Program-made: the position numbers and the translations under genes
Notes under the pieces: model-generated
Seen by the model: the letters and a program-made list of their open reading frames with translations, nothing else
The model's database searches: none
What the model was told of the DNA's origin: nothing
Part shown: positions 40,268 through 55,200 of the stretch, one piece after another
Layout of the letters: each line of letters starts with the position of its first letter
How positions within the stretch are numbered: position 1 is the first letter of the stretch
Origin: the human T2T-CHM13v2.0 reference genome, Homo sapiens
NCBI GenBank assembly: GCA_009914755.4
Contig: CP068257.2
Location: forward strand, 2,432,001-2,496,000
Reading direction: 5' to 3'
Length of the DNA stretch: 64,000 nucleotides

Positions 40268-43200
40268 TTTTCTTAACATAGGATTCCAGAACAATGCTAC
40301 GAGGGTCTGAATGCCTGTCGCACACATAGGATTCTAGAACACCCCAGCTGTCGTCTGAATGATTGCCCCCCACATATGATTCCAGAACACTGCTGCTGCG
40401 GTCTGAATGATTGTACCTCACACAGGATTCCAGAACACTCCTCCTCTAGTCTGAATGTTTGTCCCTCAGATAATATTCCGGAACACTGCTGCTGGGTTCT
40501 GAGTGTTTGTCCCTCACATAGGATTCCAGAACACTGCTAAGAGGGTCTGAATGTTTGTCCTTCACATGAGATTGCAGAACACTGCTAAGAGGGTACGATT
40601 GTTTCTACCTCACATAAGATTCCAGAACACTTCTACGAGGGTCTGAATCTTTGTCCCATACATAGGACTCCAGAACACTCCTGCTGTGTTCTGAATGTGT
40701 TTTCCTAACATAGGATTCCAGAACAATGCTACGAGGGTCTGAATGCTTCTCCCACAAGTAGGATTCCAGAACACCCCAGCTGCAGTCTGAATGATTGTCC
40801 CTCACATAGGATTCCAGAACACTGCTGCTGGGTTCTGAGTGTTTCTCCCTCACATAGGATTCCAGAACACTGCTACAAGGGTCTGAATGATTGTACCTCA
40901 CATAGGATTCCAGAACACTCCTGCTCTGGTCTGAATTTTTGTCCCTCAGATAGGATTCCAGAACACTACTACTGGGTTCTGAGTGTTTGTCTCCCACGTA
41001 GGATTCCACAACACTGCTACGAGGGTCTGAATGTTTGTCCCACACATAGGACTCCAGAACACTCCTGCTCTGGTCTGAATGTTTGTCCCTCAGATAGGAT
41101 TCCAGAACACAGCTTCTGGGTTCTGAGTATTTGTCCCTCACATAGGATTCCAGAACACTGCTACTGGGTTCTGAGTGTTTCTCCCTCACATAGGATTCCA
41201 CAACACTGCTAAGAGTTTCTGAATGTTTGTCTCATACATAGGATTCCAGAACACTGCTACGTGGGTCTAAATGTTTGTCCCTCACATAGGATTCCAGAAC
41301 ACTACTGATGTGGTCTGAATGCTTGACCCTCACATAGGATTCCAGAATATTCCTGTTGTCTTCTGGGTGTTTGTGACTCACAAGGGTTTCCAGATCTATC
41401 CTGCTGTGTTCTGAATGTTTCCCCCTCAGATAGGATTCCAAAACATTCCTTCTGTGGTCTGAGTGTTTGTCTCTCAAATAGGATTCCAAAACACTGCTAC
41501 TGGGGTCTGAATGTTTGTGCCTCAAATAGGATTCCAGAACACTGCTACGAGGGTCTGAATTATTCTCCCTCACATAGCATTCCAGAACACTCCTGCTGTG
41601 GTCTGAATGTTTATGCCTCACTCAGGATTCCAGAACATTCCTGCTGTGGTCTGAATGGTTGTCCCTCACTTAGGATTCCAGAACACTGCTGTTGGGTTCT
41701 GAGTGTTTGTCCCGCACATAAGATTCCAGAACACTGCTACTTGGGTGTCAATGTTTGTCCCTCAGATAGGATTCCAGAACACTGCTGATGGGGTCTGAAT
41801 GCTTGTCCCTCACATTGGATTCCAGAACACTCCTGCTGTGGTCTGAATGTTTGAACATCACATAGGATTACAGAACACTGCTGCGGGTTTCTGAGTATTT
41901 GTCCCTCTCATAGGATTCCGGAACACTGCTATGAGAGTCTGAATATTTGTCCCACACATAGGACTCCAGAACACTCCCGCTGTGTTCTGAATGTATTTTC
42001 CTAAAATAGGATTCCAGAACAATGCTACGAGAGTCTGAATGCGTTTCCAACCCGTAGGATTCAAGAAGACCCCAGTTGTGGTCTCAATGATTGTCCCTCA
42101 CATAGGATTCCAGAACACTGCTGCTGTGTTCTGAGTGTTTTTCCCTCACATAGGATTCCAGACCACTGCTACGAGGGTCTGAATTATTCTCCCTCACATA
42201 GGATTCCAGAACACTCCTGCTGTGGTCTGAATGTTTGCCCCTCACTTAGGATTCCAGAACACTGCTGCGGGGTTCTGAGTGTTTGTCCCTCACATAGGAT
42301 TCCAGAACACTGTTACGAGGTTCTGAAAGTTTGTCCCTCACGTAGGATTCCATTACACTAGTGCTGTGGTCTGAATGGTTGACACTCACATAGGATTCCA
42401 GAACATTCCTGCTGTATTCTGAATGGTTGACCCTCACATAGGATTCCAGTACATTCCTGCTGTGGTCTGGGTGTTTTTGCCTCACATGGGATTTCATAAC
42501 AATCCTGCTGTGGTCTGACTGTTTGTCCCTCACATAGGATTCCAAAACATTCCTGCTGTTTTCTGAGTGTTTGTACCACAAATAGGATTCCAGAATACTG
42601 CTACTGGTGTCTGAAAGTTTGTCCCTCACATTGGATTACAGAACACTGCTATCAGCGTCTGATTTATTCTCCCTCATATAGGATTCCAGAACACTCCTGC
42701 TGTGGTCTGAATGTTTGTCCCACTCTTAGGATTCCAGAACACTGCTGTTGGAGTCTGAGTGTTTGTCCCTCATGTACGATTCCAGAACACTGCTACGTGG
42801 GTCTAAATGATTTTCCCTCACATCAGATTCCAGAACACTGCTACGAGGCTCTGAATGTTTGTCCCACACATAGGACTCCAGAACACTCCTGCTTTGTTCT
42901 GAAGGTATTTTCCTCACATAGGATTCCAGAACAATGCTACAAGGGTCTGAATGTTTGTTCCACACGTGGGATTCCAGAACACCTCAGTGGTTTTCTGAAT
43001 GATTGTCCCACACATAGGATTCCAGAACAATGCTGCTGGGTTCTGAGTGTTTGTCCTTCAAATATGTTTCCAGAACACTCCTGCTCTGGTCAGAATGTTT
43101 GTCACTCACTGAAGATTCCAGATCCCTGTTCTTGGGTACTGAGTGTTTCCCCCCCATACGATTCCAGAACATTGCTACGTGGATCTAAATGTTGGTCCCT

Positions 43201-46200
43201 CCCATAGAATTCCAGAACACTGCTACGAGGTTCTGAATGCTTGTCCCGCACATAGGACTCCAGAACACTCCTACTGTGTTCTGAATGTTCTTCCTCACAT
43301 AGGATTCCAGAACAATGCTACGAGGTTCTGAATATTTGTCCCACACCTAGGGATCCAAAACACCCCAACTGGGGTCTGAATGACTGTCCCTCACATAGGA
43401 CTCCAGAACACTGCTGCTGTGTTCTGAATGTTCTTCCTCACATAGTATTCCATAACATTGCTATGAGGGTCTGAATGTTTGTCTCACACATAGGGACCCA
43501 GAACATCCCAGATGTGGTGTGAATGATTGTCCCTCACATAGGATTCCAGAACGCAGCTGCTGGGTTCTGAGTGTTTCTCCTTTACGTAGGATTCCAAAAC
43601 ATTGCTACTGGGATCTGAATTTTTCTCCCTCACATAGGATTCCAGAACTCTGCTATGAGGATCTTAATTATTCTCCCTCACATAGGATTCCAGAACACTC
43701 CTGTTGTGGTCTGAATGTTTGTCCCTCACTTAAGCTTCCAGAACACTGCTGTCGGGTTCTGGGTGTTTGACCCTCACGTACGATTCCAAAACACTGCTAC
43801 GTGTGTCTAAATGTTTTTCCCTCACATAAGATTCCAGAACACTGCTATGAGGGTCTGTATGTTTGTCCCGCACGTAGGTCCGCAGAACACTACTGCTGTG
43901 TTCTGAAGGGTTTTTCCTCACATAGGATTCCAGAACAATGCTACAATGGTATAAATGATTGTCCCTCACAGAGGATTCCAGCACACTTCTTCTGGGTTCT
44001 GAATGTTTCTCCCTCACATAGGATTACAGAACACTCCTTCTATGATCTGAATGTTTGTCCCTCACTTAGGAATGCAGAACACTGCTGTTGGGTTCTGACT
44101 GTTTGTCCTTCACGTACGGTTACAGAACACTGATACATGGGTGTAAATGTTTGTCCCTCACATAGGAGTCTAGAACACTGCTACAAGGGACTGAATGTTT
44201 GTCTCGCACATAGGACTCTGGAACACACCTAGTGTGTTCTGAAAGTATTTTCCTCACATAGGATTCCACAGCAATGCTACGTGAGTCTGAATCTTTGTCC
44301 CAAACCTAGGACTCCAGAACAACTCAGCTGTGGTCTGAATGATTGTCCCTCACATAGGATTCCAGAACACTGCTGCTGGGTTGTGAGTGTTTCTCCCTCA
44401 CATGGTATTCCAGAACACTGCTACTGTGGTCTGAAAGTTTTTCCCTCACATAGGATTGCAGAACACTGCTACGAGGGTCTGAATTATTCTCCCTCACATA
44501 GGATTCCAGAAGATTCCTTCGTGGTCTGTATGTTTGTCCCTCAATTAGGATTCCAGGACACTGCTGTAGGGTTCCAAGTGTTTGTCTCTCACGTGCGGTT
44601 CCAGAACACTGCTCCCTGGGTCTAAAAGTTTGTTCCTCACATAGGATTGCAGAACAGTGCTACAAGGGTCCGGGTCTGAATGTTTGCCCCACACATAGGA
44701 TTCCAGAATACCTCAACTGTGGTATGAATGATTGTCCCTCATATAGGATTCCACAATACTACTACTGGGTTATGAGTGTTTCTCCCTCACATGGCATTCC
44801 AGAACACTGCTACAAGGGACTGAATGTTTGTCCCGCACATAGGACTCCACAACACTCCTGTTGTGTTCTGAATGTATTTTCCTCAAAGAGGATTCCAGAA
44901 AAATGCTACGCGGGTCTGCATGTTTGTCCCACACGTAGGACTCCAGAACACCCCGGCTGTAGTCTGAATGATTGTCCCTCACATAGGATTGCAGAACACT
45001 GCTTCTGGGTTGAGCATTTCTCCCTCACATAGGATTCCAGAACACTGCTACGAGGGTCTGTATTATTTTCCCTCACAATGGATTCCAGAATATTCCTTCT
45101 GTGATCTGTGTGTTTTTCCCTCAATTAGCATTCCAGGACACCGCTGCTGGGTTCTGAGTGTTTCTCCCTCACATAGGATTGCAGAACCCTGCTACTGACA
45201 TCTGAATATTTGTCCCTCACAAAGGATTCCAGAACACTGCTGCAATGGTCTGAATTATTCTCCCTCACATAGGACTCCAGGACACTCCTACTGTGGTCTG
45301 AATGTTTTTCCCTCACTTAGGACTCCAAAACACTGCTGTTGGGTTCTGAGTGTTTGTCCCTCATGTACGATTCCAGAACACTGCTACGTGCTTCTAAATG
45401 TTTGTCCCTCACATAGGATTCCAGAACACTACCATGAGAGTATGAGTGTTTGTCATGCACATAGGACTCCAGAACACTCCTTCTGTGTTCTGAATGTTCT
45501 TCCTCACATAGGATTCTGGAACAATGATACGAGGGTCTGAATGTTTGTCCCACACGTAGGATTCCAGAACACCCCAGCTGTGTTCTGAATGATTGTCCCT
45601 TACATAGAATTCCAGAACACTGCTGCTGGGTTCTGAGATTTTTTCCCCTTATGTAGGATTCCAGAACACTGCTGCTGTGGCCTGAATGTTTGTTCCTCAC
45701 ATAGGATTCCAGAACTCTCTTGCTGTGGTCTGAATGTTTGTCCCTCCTATAGGATTCCAGAACACTGCTGCTGTGTTCTGAAAGGTTGACCCTTACATAG
45801 GATTCCAGAACACCCCTGTTGTGGTCTGGGTGTTTGTGCCTTACGTGGGATTCCAGAACAATCCTGCTGTGGTCTGCATGATTCTCCCTCACATAGGATT
45901 CCAAAACATTCCTGCTGTGGTCTGAGTGTTTGTCCCACAAATAGGATTCCAGAATACTTCTACTGTGGTCTGAAAGTTTGTTCCTCACGTAGGATTCCAG
46001 AGCACTGCTACGAGGGTCTGAATGTTTGTCCCACACATAGGACTCCACAACACTCCTGCTGTCTTCTGAATGTTCTTCCTCACATAGGATTCCAGAACAT
46101 TACTACGAGGGTCTGAATGTTTGTCCCACACCTAGGGATCCAGAACACCCCAGCTGTGGTCTGAATGATTGTCCAACACATAGGATTCCAGAACACTGCT

Positions 46201-49200
46201 GCTGGGTTCTGAGTGTTTCTCCCTCACAGAGGATTCCATAACACTGCTACTGGGGTCTGAATTTTTTTCCCTCAGATAGGATTCGAGAACACTGCTACAA
46301 GGGTCTCAATTATTCTCCCACACATGGGATTCCAGAACACTCCTGCTGTGGTCTGAATGTTTGTCCCTCACTTAAGATTCCAGAACACTGTTGTTGGGTT
46401 CGGAATGTTTGTTCCTCACGTACGATTCCAGAAGACTGCTATGTGGGTCTAAATGTTTTTCCCTTACCTAGGATTCCAGAACACTGTTACGAGGGTCTGT
46501 ATGTTTGTCTCGCACATAGATCTCCAGAATACTACTGCTGTGTTTTGAAGGTGTTTTTCTCACATAGGATTCCAGAACAATGCTACAACGGTCTGGATGA
46601 TTGTCTCTTACATAGGATTCCAGAACATGGCTTATGGGTTCTGAGTGTTTCTCCCTCACATAGGATTACAGAACACTCCTTCTGTGGTCTGAATGTTTGT
46701 CGCTCACTTAGGAATCCAGAACACTGCTGTTGGGTTCTGAGTGTCCCTCACGTAGGGTTACAGAACAATTCTACATGAGTCTAAATGTTTGTCCCTCACA
46801 TAGGATTCCAGAACCGTGCTACGAAGGACTGAATGCTTTTTCTTCATATAAGACTACAGAACACTCCTGCTGTGTTCTGAATGTATTTTATTCACATAGA
46901 AGTCCCGAACAATGCTACAAGGTTCTGAATCTTTGTTCCACACGTAGGATTCTAGTACACCCTAGCGGTTTTCTGAATGATTGTCCCACACATAGGACTC
47001 CAGAACACTGCTGCTGGGTTCTGAAGCTTTCTCCCTCAAATAGGTTTCCAGAACTCTCCTGTTGTGGTCAGAATGTTTGTCCCTCACTGAGGATTCCAGA
47101 TCCCTGCCCTTGGGTACTGAGTGTTTGCCTCACATAGGATTCCAGAACACTGCTACTGTGGACTGCTTTTATATCCCGCATATAGGCTTCCAGAACACTC
47201 CTGCTGTGTTTTGAAAGTATTTTATTCACACAGGATTCCAGAACAACGCTACTAGCGTGTGAATGTTTCTTTCACATGTAGGATTTCAGAGCACCCCAGG
47301 TGTGATCTGAATGATTGTCCCTCCCATAGGATTCCAGAACACTGCTGCTCAGTTGTGAGTGTTTCTCCCTCACATAGGATTCCAGAACACTACTGCTGTG
47401 GTCTGAATGTTTGTCCCTCACATAGGATTCCAGAACACTGCTACGAGTGTCTGAATTATTCTCCCTCACATAGGATTCCAGAAGATTCCTGCTGTGGTCT
47501 GAATGTTTGTCCCTCACTTGGGATTCTAGGACACTGCTGTTGGGTTCTGAGTGTTTGTCCCTTATGTAAGATTCCAGAACACTGTTCCGTGGGTTTAAAT
47601 GTTTATCCCTCACATAGGATTGCAGAATACTGCTGTGAGGTTCTGAATGTTTGTCCCGCACAATGGACTCCAGAAATCTCCTTCTGTGTTTTGAATGTAT
47701 TTACCTCACATAAAATTCCAGAACAATGCTAAGAGGGTCTGAATGTTTGTCCCACACTTAGGAATCCAGAACACCACAGCTGTGGTCTGAAAGATCGTCC
47801 CTCACATTGGATTCCCGAACACTGCTGCTGGGTTCTGAGTGTTTCTCCTTCACATAGGACTCCAGAACTCTGCTACGAGGTTCTGAATGATTGTACCTCA
47901 CATAGTATTCCAGAACCCTCCTGCTCCGTTCTGAATATTTGTCCCACAGATAGGATTCCAGATCACTGCTCTTAGGTTCTGCACGTTTGTCCCTCAAATA
48001 GGATTCCAGAACACTGCTGCTGTGTTCAAAATGTTTGTTCCTCGCATAGGACTCCAGAACTCACCTGCTATGGTCTGAACGATTGTCCCTCATATAGGAA
48101 TCCAGAACATTACTGCCTTGGTCTGAATTGTTGACCAGAATCCTGCTGTGGTCTGAATGTTTCTCCCTCACATAGGTTCCAAAACATTCCTGCTGTTTTC
48201 TGAGTGTTTCTCCCACAAATAGGATTCCAGAACACTGCTACTGTGGTCTGAAAGTTTCTCCCTCACATAGGATTCCAGAACACTGCTACAAGGGTCTGAA
48301 TTATTCTCCATCATATAGGATTCCAGAACACTCCTGTTGTCGTCTGAATGTTTATCCCTCACTGAGGATTCCAGAACACTGCTGTTGGGTTCTGAGTGTT
48401 TGTCCCTCATGTACGATTCCAGAACCCTGCCACGTGGGTCTAAATGTTTGTCCCTCACACAGGACTCCAGAACAATGCTACGAGGGTCTGAATCTTTGTC
48501 CCAAACTTGGATTCCAGAACCCACCAGCTGTGATCTTTCTGATGGTCTCTCACATAGGATCCAGAACAATGACGCTGGGTTCTGAGTGTTTCTCCCTCAC
48601 ATAGGAATCCAGAACACTCTTGCTGTTGTCTGAATGTGTGTCCCTCACTTAGGTTTCCAGAATACTGCTGTTGGGTTCTGAGTGTTTGTCCCTCATTTAC
48701 GATTCCAGACCACTGCTACGTGTCTCTAAATGTTTGTCCCTCAGATAGGATTCCCGAACACCGCTACGAGGGTCTGAATGTTTGTCCCACAGTTAGGTTT
48801 CCAGAACACCCCAGCTATCGTCTGAATGATTGGCCTTCATATAAGATTCTGGAAAACTGCTGCTGGTTTCTGAGAGGTTCTCTCTCACATAGGATTTCAG
48901 AACACTGCTGCTGGGGTCTGAAAGTTTGTCCCTCACATAGGATTCCAGAGCACTGCTACGAGGTTCTGAATTATTCTCCCTCACATAGGATTCCAGAACA
49001 CTCCTGCCATCATCTGAATGTCCCTCACTTAGGATTCCAGAACACTGCTGTTGTGTTCTGAGTGTTTGTCCCTCACGTACTATTCCAGCACACTGGTACG
49101 TGGGTCTAAATGTTTGTCCCTCTCATAGGATTCCAGAACACTGCTATGAGTGTCTGAATGTTTGTCCCTCACATAGGGTTCCAGAACTCTCCTGCTGTGG

Positions 49201-52200
49201 TCTGAATGTTTGTCGCTCACTGAGGATTCTAGAACTCTGCTGTTGGGTTCTGAGTGTTTGTCCCTCACCTTTGATTACAGAACACTGCTACTTGATTCTA
49301 AATGTTTGTCCGTCACACAGGATTCCAGAACACTGCTATGAAGGTCTGAATGTTTGCCCCTCACATAGGATTCCAGAACACTGCTACGGGTGTCTTAATT
49401 ATTCCCCATCCCATCGGATTCCAGACACTCCACCTGTTGTCTGAATGTTTGTCCCTCACTTACGATTCGAGAACACTGCTGTTGGGTTCTGTGTATTTCT
49501 CACTTACATACTAGTCCAGAACACTGCTACGTGGGTCTAAATGTTTTTCTCTCACATAGGATTCCAGAACACTGCTACGAGGGTCTGAATGTTGTCCCAC
49601 CCACAGGACTCCAGAAAACATCTGCTGTTTTCTGAAAATATTTTCCTCACTTAGGATTCCAGAACAATGCTATGAGGGTTTGAATGTTTGTCCGATATGC
49701 AGGATTCCAAAACGTCCCAGCTGTGTTCTGAATGATTGTCCCTCACATAGGATTCCGGAAAACTGCTGTTGGGTTCTGAGTGTTTCTCCCTCACATAGGA
49801 TTCCAGAAAACTGCTACTGGTGTCTGAATGTTTGTCCCTCACTTCGGATTTCAGGAAATTGCTAAAAGGATCTGAATTATTCTCCCTAACATAGGATTCC
49901 AGAACACTCCTGCTGTGGTCTGAATGTTTGTCCCTCACATAGGATTCCAGATCACTGCTGCTTGGTTCTGAGTGTTTCTCCCTCAGATAGGATTCCAGAA
50001 CACTGTGGCTGTGGCCTGAATGTTTGTCCCTCACTTAGGATTACAGAACACTGCTGTTGGGTTCTGAGTGTTCCTCACGTACGATTCCAGAACACTGTCA
50101 CGTGGATCCAAAAGTTTCTCCTTCACATAGGATTCCACAACACTGCTACGAGGGTCTGAATGTCTCTCCCGCACATAGGTCTCCAGAACACTCCTGCTGT
50201 GTTCTGAATAATTTTTCTCACATGAGATTCCAGAACAATGCTACCAGGGTCTGAATGTTTGTCACACACGAAGGACTGCAGAATAACCCACCTGTGGTCT
50301 GAATGAATGTCCCTTACATAGAATTCCAGAACACTGCTGCTGGATTCTGAGTGTTTCTCCCTCACATCGGATTCCAGAACACTGCTACGAGGGTCTGAAT
50401 GATTGTACCTCACATAGGATTCCAGAACGCCCCTGCTCTGGTCTGAATGTTTGTCTCTCAGATAAGATTCCAGAACACTGCTGCTGGGTTCTGAGTGTTT
50501 GTCCCTCACATAGGATTCCAAAAAAGCGCTGCTGTGGTCTGAATGTTTGTTCCTCCCATATGATTCCAGAACACTCCTGTACTCTCTGAATGTTTGTCCC
50601 TCATGTAGGATTCCAGAACACTACTCCTGTGGTCTGAATGGTTGTACCACACATAGTATTCCAGAACAATCCTGCTGTGGTCTGGCTGTTTGTGCCTCAC
50701 ATGAGATTCCAGAGCAATCCTGCTGTGGTCTGTATGTTTCTCCCTCACATAGGATTCCAGAACATTCCTGCTGTGGTCTAAGTGTTTGTTCCTCAAGTAG
50801 TATTCTAGAACACTGCTACTGGGGTCTGAAAATTTGTCCCTCACATAGGATTCCAGAACATTGCTACCAGGGTTTGAAGTATTTTCCCTCACATAGGATA
50901 CCAGAACACTCCTGCTGTGGTCTGAATGTTTGTTCTTCACTTCGGATTACAGAACACTGCTGTTGGGTTCTGAGTGTTTGTCCCTCACAAACGATTCCAG
51001 AATACTGCTATGTGGGTCTAAATGTCTGTCCCTCACATAGGATTACAGAACACTGCTACGAGGGTCTGAATGTTTGTCCCACACATAGGACTCAAGAACT
51101 CTCCTGCTGTGTTATGAATGTATTTTCCTCTCATAGGATTCCATAACAATGGAAGGGTCTGAATGGTTGTCCCACTGGTAGGATTCCAGAACACCACAGC
51201 TGTGGTCTGAATGATTGTCCCTCACATAGGTTTCGAGAGCACTGCTGCTGGGTTCTTATTGTTTCTCCCTCACATAGGGTTCCAGAACACTGCTACTGGG
51301 TTCTCTAAATGTTTGTCCCTCACAAAGGATTCCAGAAAACTGCTCCAAGGGTCTGAATTTTTCTCCCTCACATAGTTTTCCAGAACACTCCTGCTGTGGT
51401 CTGTATGTTGGTCCCTCACTTTGTATTCCAGAACACTGCTGTTGGGTTCTGAGTGTTTATCCCTGACGTATGATTCCAGAACACTGCTATGTGGGTTTAA
51501 ATGTTTGTCCCTCACATAGGATTCCAGAACTTAGCTACGAGGGTATGAATGTTTGCCCCGCTTATGGGACTCCAGAACACTCCTGCTGTGTTCTGAATGT
51601 ATTCTCCTTATATACGTTTCCAGAACAATGCTACGAGTGTCTGAATGATTGTACCTCACATAGGATTCCAGAACACTCCTGCTCTGGTCTGAATGTTTGT
51701 TCCTCAGATAGGATTCCAGAACACAACTGCTCTGTTTTGAGTGTTTGTGCTTCACGTACGATTTCAGAACACTTCTATGTGGGTCTAAATGTTTGTCTGT
51801 CACATAGGATTCCAGAACACTGCTACAAGTGTTTGAATGTGTCTCCCGCACATAGGAATCCAGAACACTCCTGCTGTGTTCTGAATGTATTTTCCTCACA
51901 TAGGATTCCAAAACAATGCTACGAGGGTCTGAATGTTTGTTCCAAACGTAGGATTCCAGACCAATCCTCTGTGGTCTGAATGATTGTCCCTCACAAAGGA
52001 TTCCAGAGCACTGCTGCCGGATTCTGACTGTTTCTTCCTCACATAAGATTCCAGAACACTGCTACTGGGGTCTGAATGTTTGTCCCTTACATAGGATTCC
52101 AGAACACTGATACGAGTGTCTGAATTAATCACCCTCACATAGGATTCCAGAACACTCCTGCTGTGGTCTGAATGTTTTTTCCTCACTTAGGATTACAGAA

Positions 52201-55200
52201 CACTGCTGTTGGGATTTAGTGTTTGTGTTAATCTTAGTGTTAGGATTGCAGAACACTGCTACATGGGTCTAAATGATTGTCCTTCATATAGGATACGAGA
52301 ACACTACTGCTGTGGTCTCAATGGTTCACCCTCACATAGGATTCCAAAACATTCCTGCTGTGGTCTGACTGTTTGTCCCTCAAATAGGATTCCAGAACAC
52401 TGCTACTGGGGTCTGAATGTTTGTCCTTCACATAGGATTCCATAACATTGCAACGAGGGTCCGAATTACTCTCCCTCACATAGGATTCCAGAACATTCCT
52501 TCTGTAGTCTGAGTGTTTGTCCCTCCAATAGGATTCCAGAACACTGATATGTGGGTCTAAATATTCGTAACTCACATAGGATTCCAGAACACTGCTACGA
52601 GGATCTGAATATATGTCCCACACATAGGACTCCAGAACACTCCTGCTGTATTCTGAATGTATTTTCCTCACATAGGATTCCAGAAAAATGCTAAGAGGGT
52701 CTGAATGTTTGTCCCTCACATAGGATTGCAGAACACCCAAGCTGTGGTCTGAATTACTGTCCCTCACATAGGATTCCAGAACACTGCTGCTAGGTTCTGA
52801 GTGTTTCTCCCTCACATGGGAATCCAGAACACTGCTACGAGGGTCTTAATGATTGTACCTCACATAGGATTCCAGAACACTCCTACAGTGGTTTGAATGT
52901 TTGCCCCTCAGATAGGATTCCAAACAGTGCTGCTGGGTTCTGAGTGTTGGTCCCTCACATAGGATTCCAGAACACTGATGCTGTGGTCTGAATGTTTGTT
53001 TCTCACATAGGTTTCCAGAGCACACCTGCTGTGGTCTGAATGTTTGTTCCTCACATAGGATTCCAGAGCACACCTGCTGTGGTCTGAATGTTTGTCCCTC
53101 ATAGAACATTGCAGAACACTACTGCTGTGGTCTGAATGGTTGACCCTCACATAGGATTCCAGAACACTCCTGCTGTGGTCTGAATGGTTGACCCTCACAT
53201 AGGATTCCAGAACACTCCTGCTGTGGTCTTGGTGTTTGTGCCTAATATGGGATTCCAGAACAATCCTTCTGTGATCTGAATGTTTCTGCCTCACATAGGA
53301 TTCCATAACACCCCTGCTGTGGTCTGAATGTTTGTACCTCACTTGGAATTCCAGAACACTGCTGCTGGGTTCTCAGCATTTCTCCCTCACATAGGATTCC
53401 AGAAAACTGCTACTGGGGTCTAAATGTTTGTCCCATAGGATTCCAGAAAACTGCTACTGGGGCCTAAATGTTTGTCCCTCACGTAAGATTCCAGAACACT
53501 GCTACGATGCTCTGAATTATTTTCCCTCACATAGGATTCCAGAACACTCCTGGTATGTTCTGAATGTTTGGCCCTCTCTTAGGATTCCAGAACACTGCTA
53601 TATGGTTCTTAGTTTTTGTCCCTCATGTACGATTCCACAACACTGTTACCTGGGTGTAAATGTTTGTCCCTTACATAGTATTCCAGAACACTGCTATGAG
53701 AGTCTGAATGTTTGTCCCCCACATAGAGGTCCAGAACACAACTGCTGTATTTTGAAAGTATTTTCCTCAGATAGGACTCCAGAACAATGCTACGAGGGTC
53801 TGAATGTTTGTCCCACACGTAGGATTCTCGAACACCCCAGCTGTAGTGTGAATGATTGTCCCTCACATAGGATTACAGAACACTGATGCTGGGTTCTGAG
53901 TGTTTCTCCCTCATGATTCCAGAACATTGATACTGCGGTCTGAATGTCTTTCATTCACATAGGATTCCAGAACACTACTACAAGGGTCTGAATTATTCTC
54001 CCTCACATAGGATTCCAGAACTTTCCTGCTGTAGTCTGAATCCTTGTCTCTCACTTAGGATTCCAGAACACTGCTGTTGGGTTCTGAGTGTTTGTCCCTC
54101 ACATACAATTCTAGATCACGGCTATGTGGGTTTCAGGGTTTGTCCCCCACATAGGTTTCCAGAACACTGCTATGAGGTTCTGAATGTTTGTCTCACACAT
54201 AGGACTCCAGAACACTCCTGCTGTGTTCCAAATGCATTTTCCTCACATAGGATACCAGAACAATGCTACGAGGGTCTGAATGTCTGTCCCACACGTAGGA
54301 TTCCAGAACATCCCATCGGTGGTCTGAATGATTGTCCCTCACATAGGATTCTGGAATATTGCTCCTGGGTTCTGAATGTTTCTCCCTCACATGGGATTCC
54401 AGAACACTGCTGTTAGGCTCTGAGTGTTTGTCCCTCAGTTATAATTCCAGAACACTGCTACGTGGGTCCAAATGCTTGTCGATCACATAGGATTGCAGAA
54501 CACAGCTATTAGGGTCTGAATGTTTGTCCCACACAGAGGACTCCAGAAAACTCCTGCTGTGTTCTGAATGTATTTTCCTCACATTGGATACCAGAACAAT
54601 GTTACGAGGGTGTGAATGTTTGTCCCACAGGTAGGATTGCAGAACACTACTGCTGTGGTCTGAATGATTGTCCCTCACGTAGGATTCCAGAACACTGCTG
54701 CTGTGTTCTGAATGTTTCTCCCTCACATAGGATTCCAGAACACTCCTGCTGTAGTCTGAATGTTTGCAACTCACTTAGGATTCCAGAATACTGCTGTTGA
54801 GTTCTGAGTGTTTGTCCCTCAGGTATGATTCCATAACACTGCTACGTGGGTCTAAATGTTTCTCGATCACATGGGATTCCAGAACACAGCTACTAGAGTC
54901 TGAATGTTTGTCCCACACAAAGGACTCCAGAACGCTGCTGCTGTGTTCTCAACATATTTTCCTGACATAGGATTCCACACGAATGCTACAAGGCTCTGAA
55001 AGTTTGTCCCAGACGTAGGATTCCAAAACACCCCAGCTGTTGTCTGAATGATTGTCCCTCATATAAGATTCCAGAGCACTCCTGCTGTGGACTGAATGCT
55101 TTTTCCTCACATAGGATTCCAGAACTCTCCTGCTGTTGTCTGAATGTTTGTCCCACATGTAGGATTCCAGAACTCTACTGCTGTGGTCTGAATAGTTGAC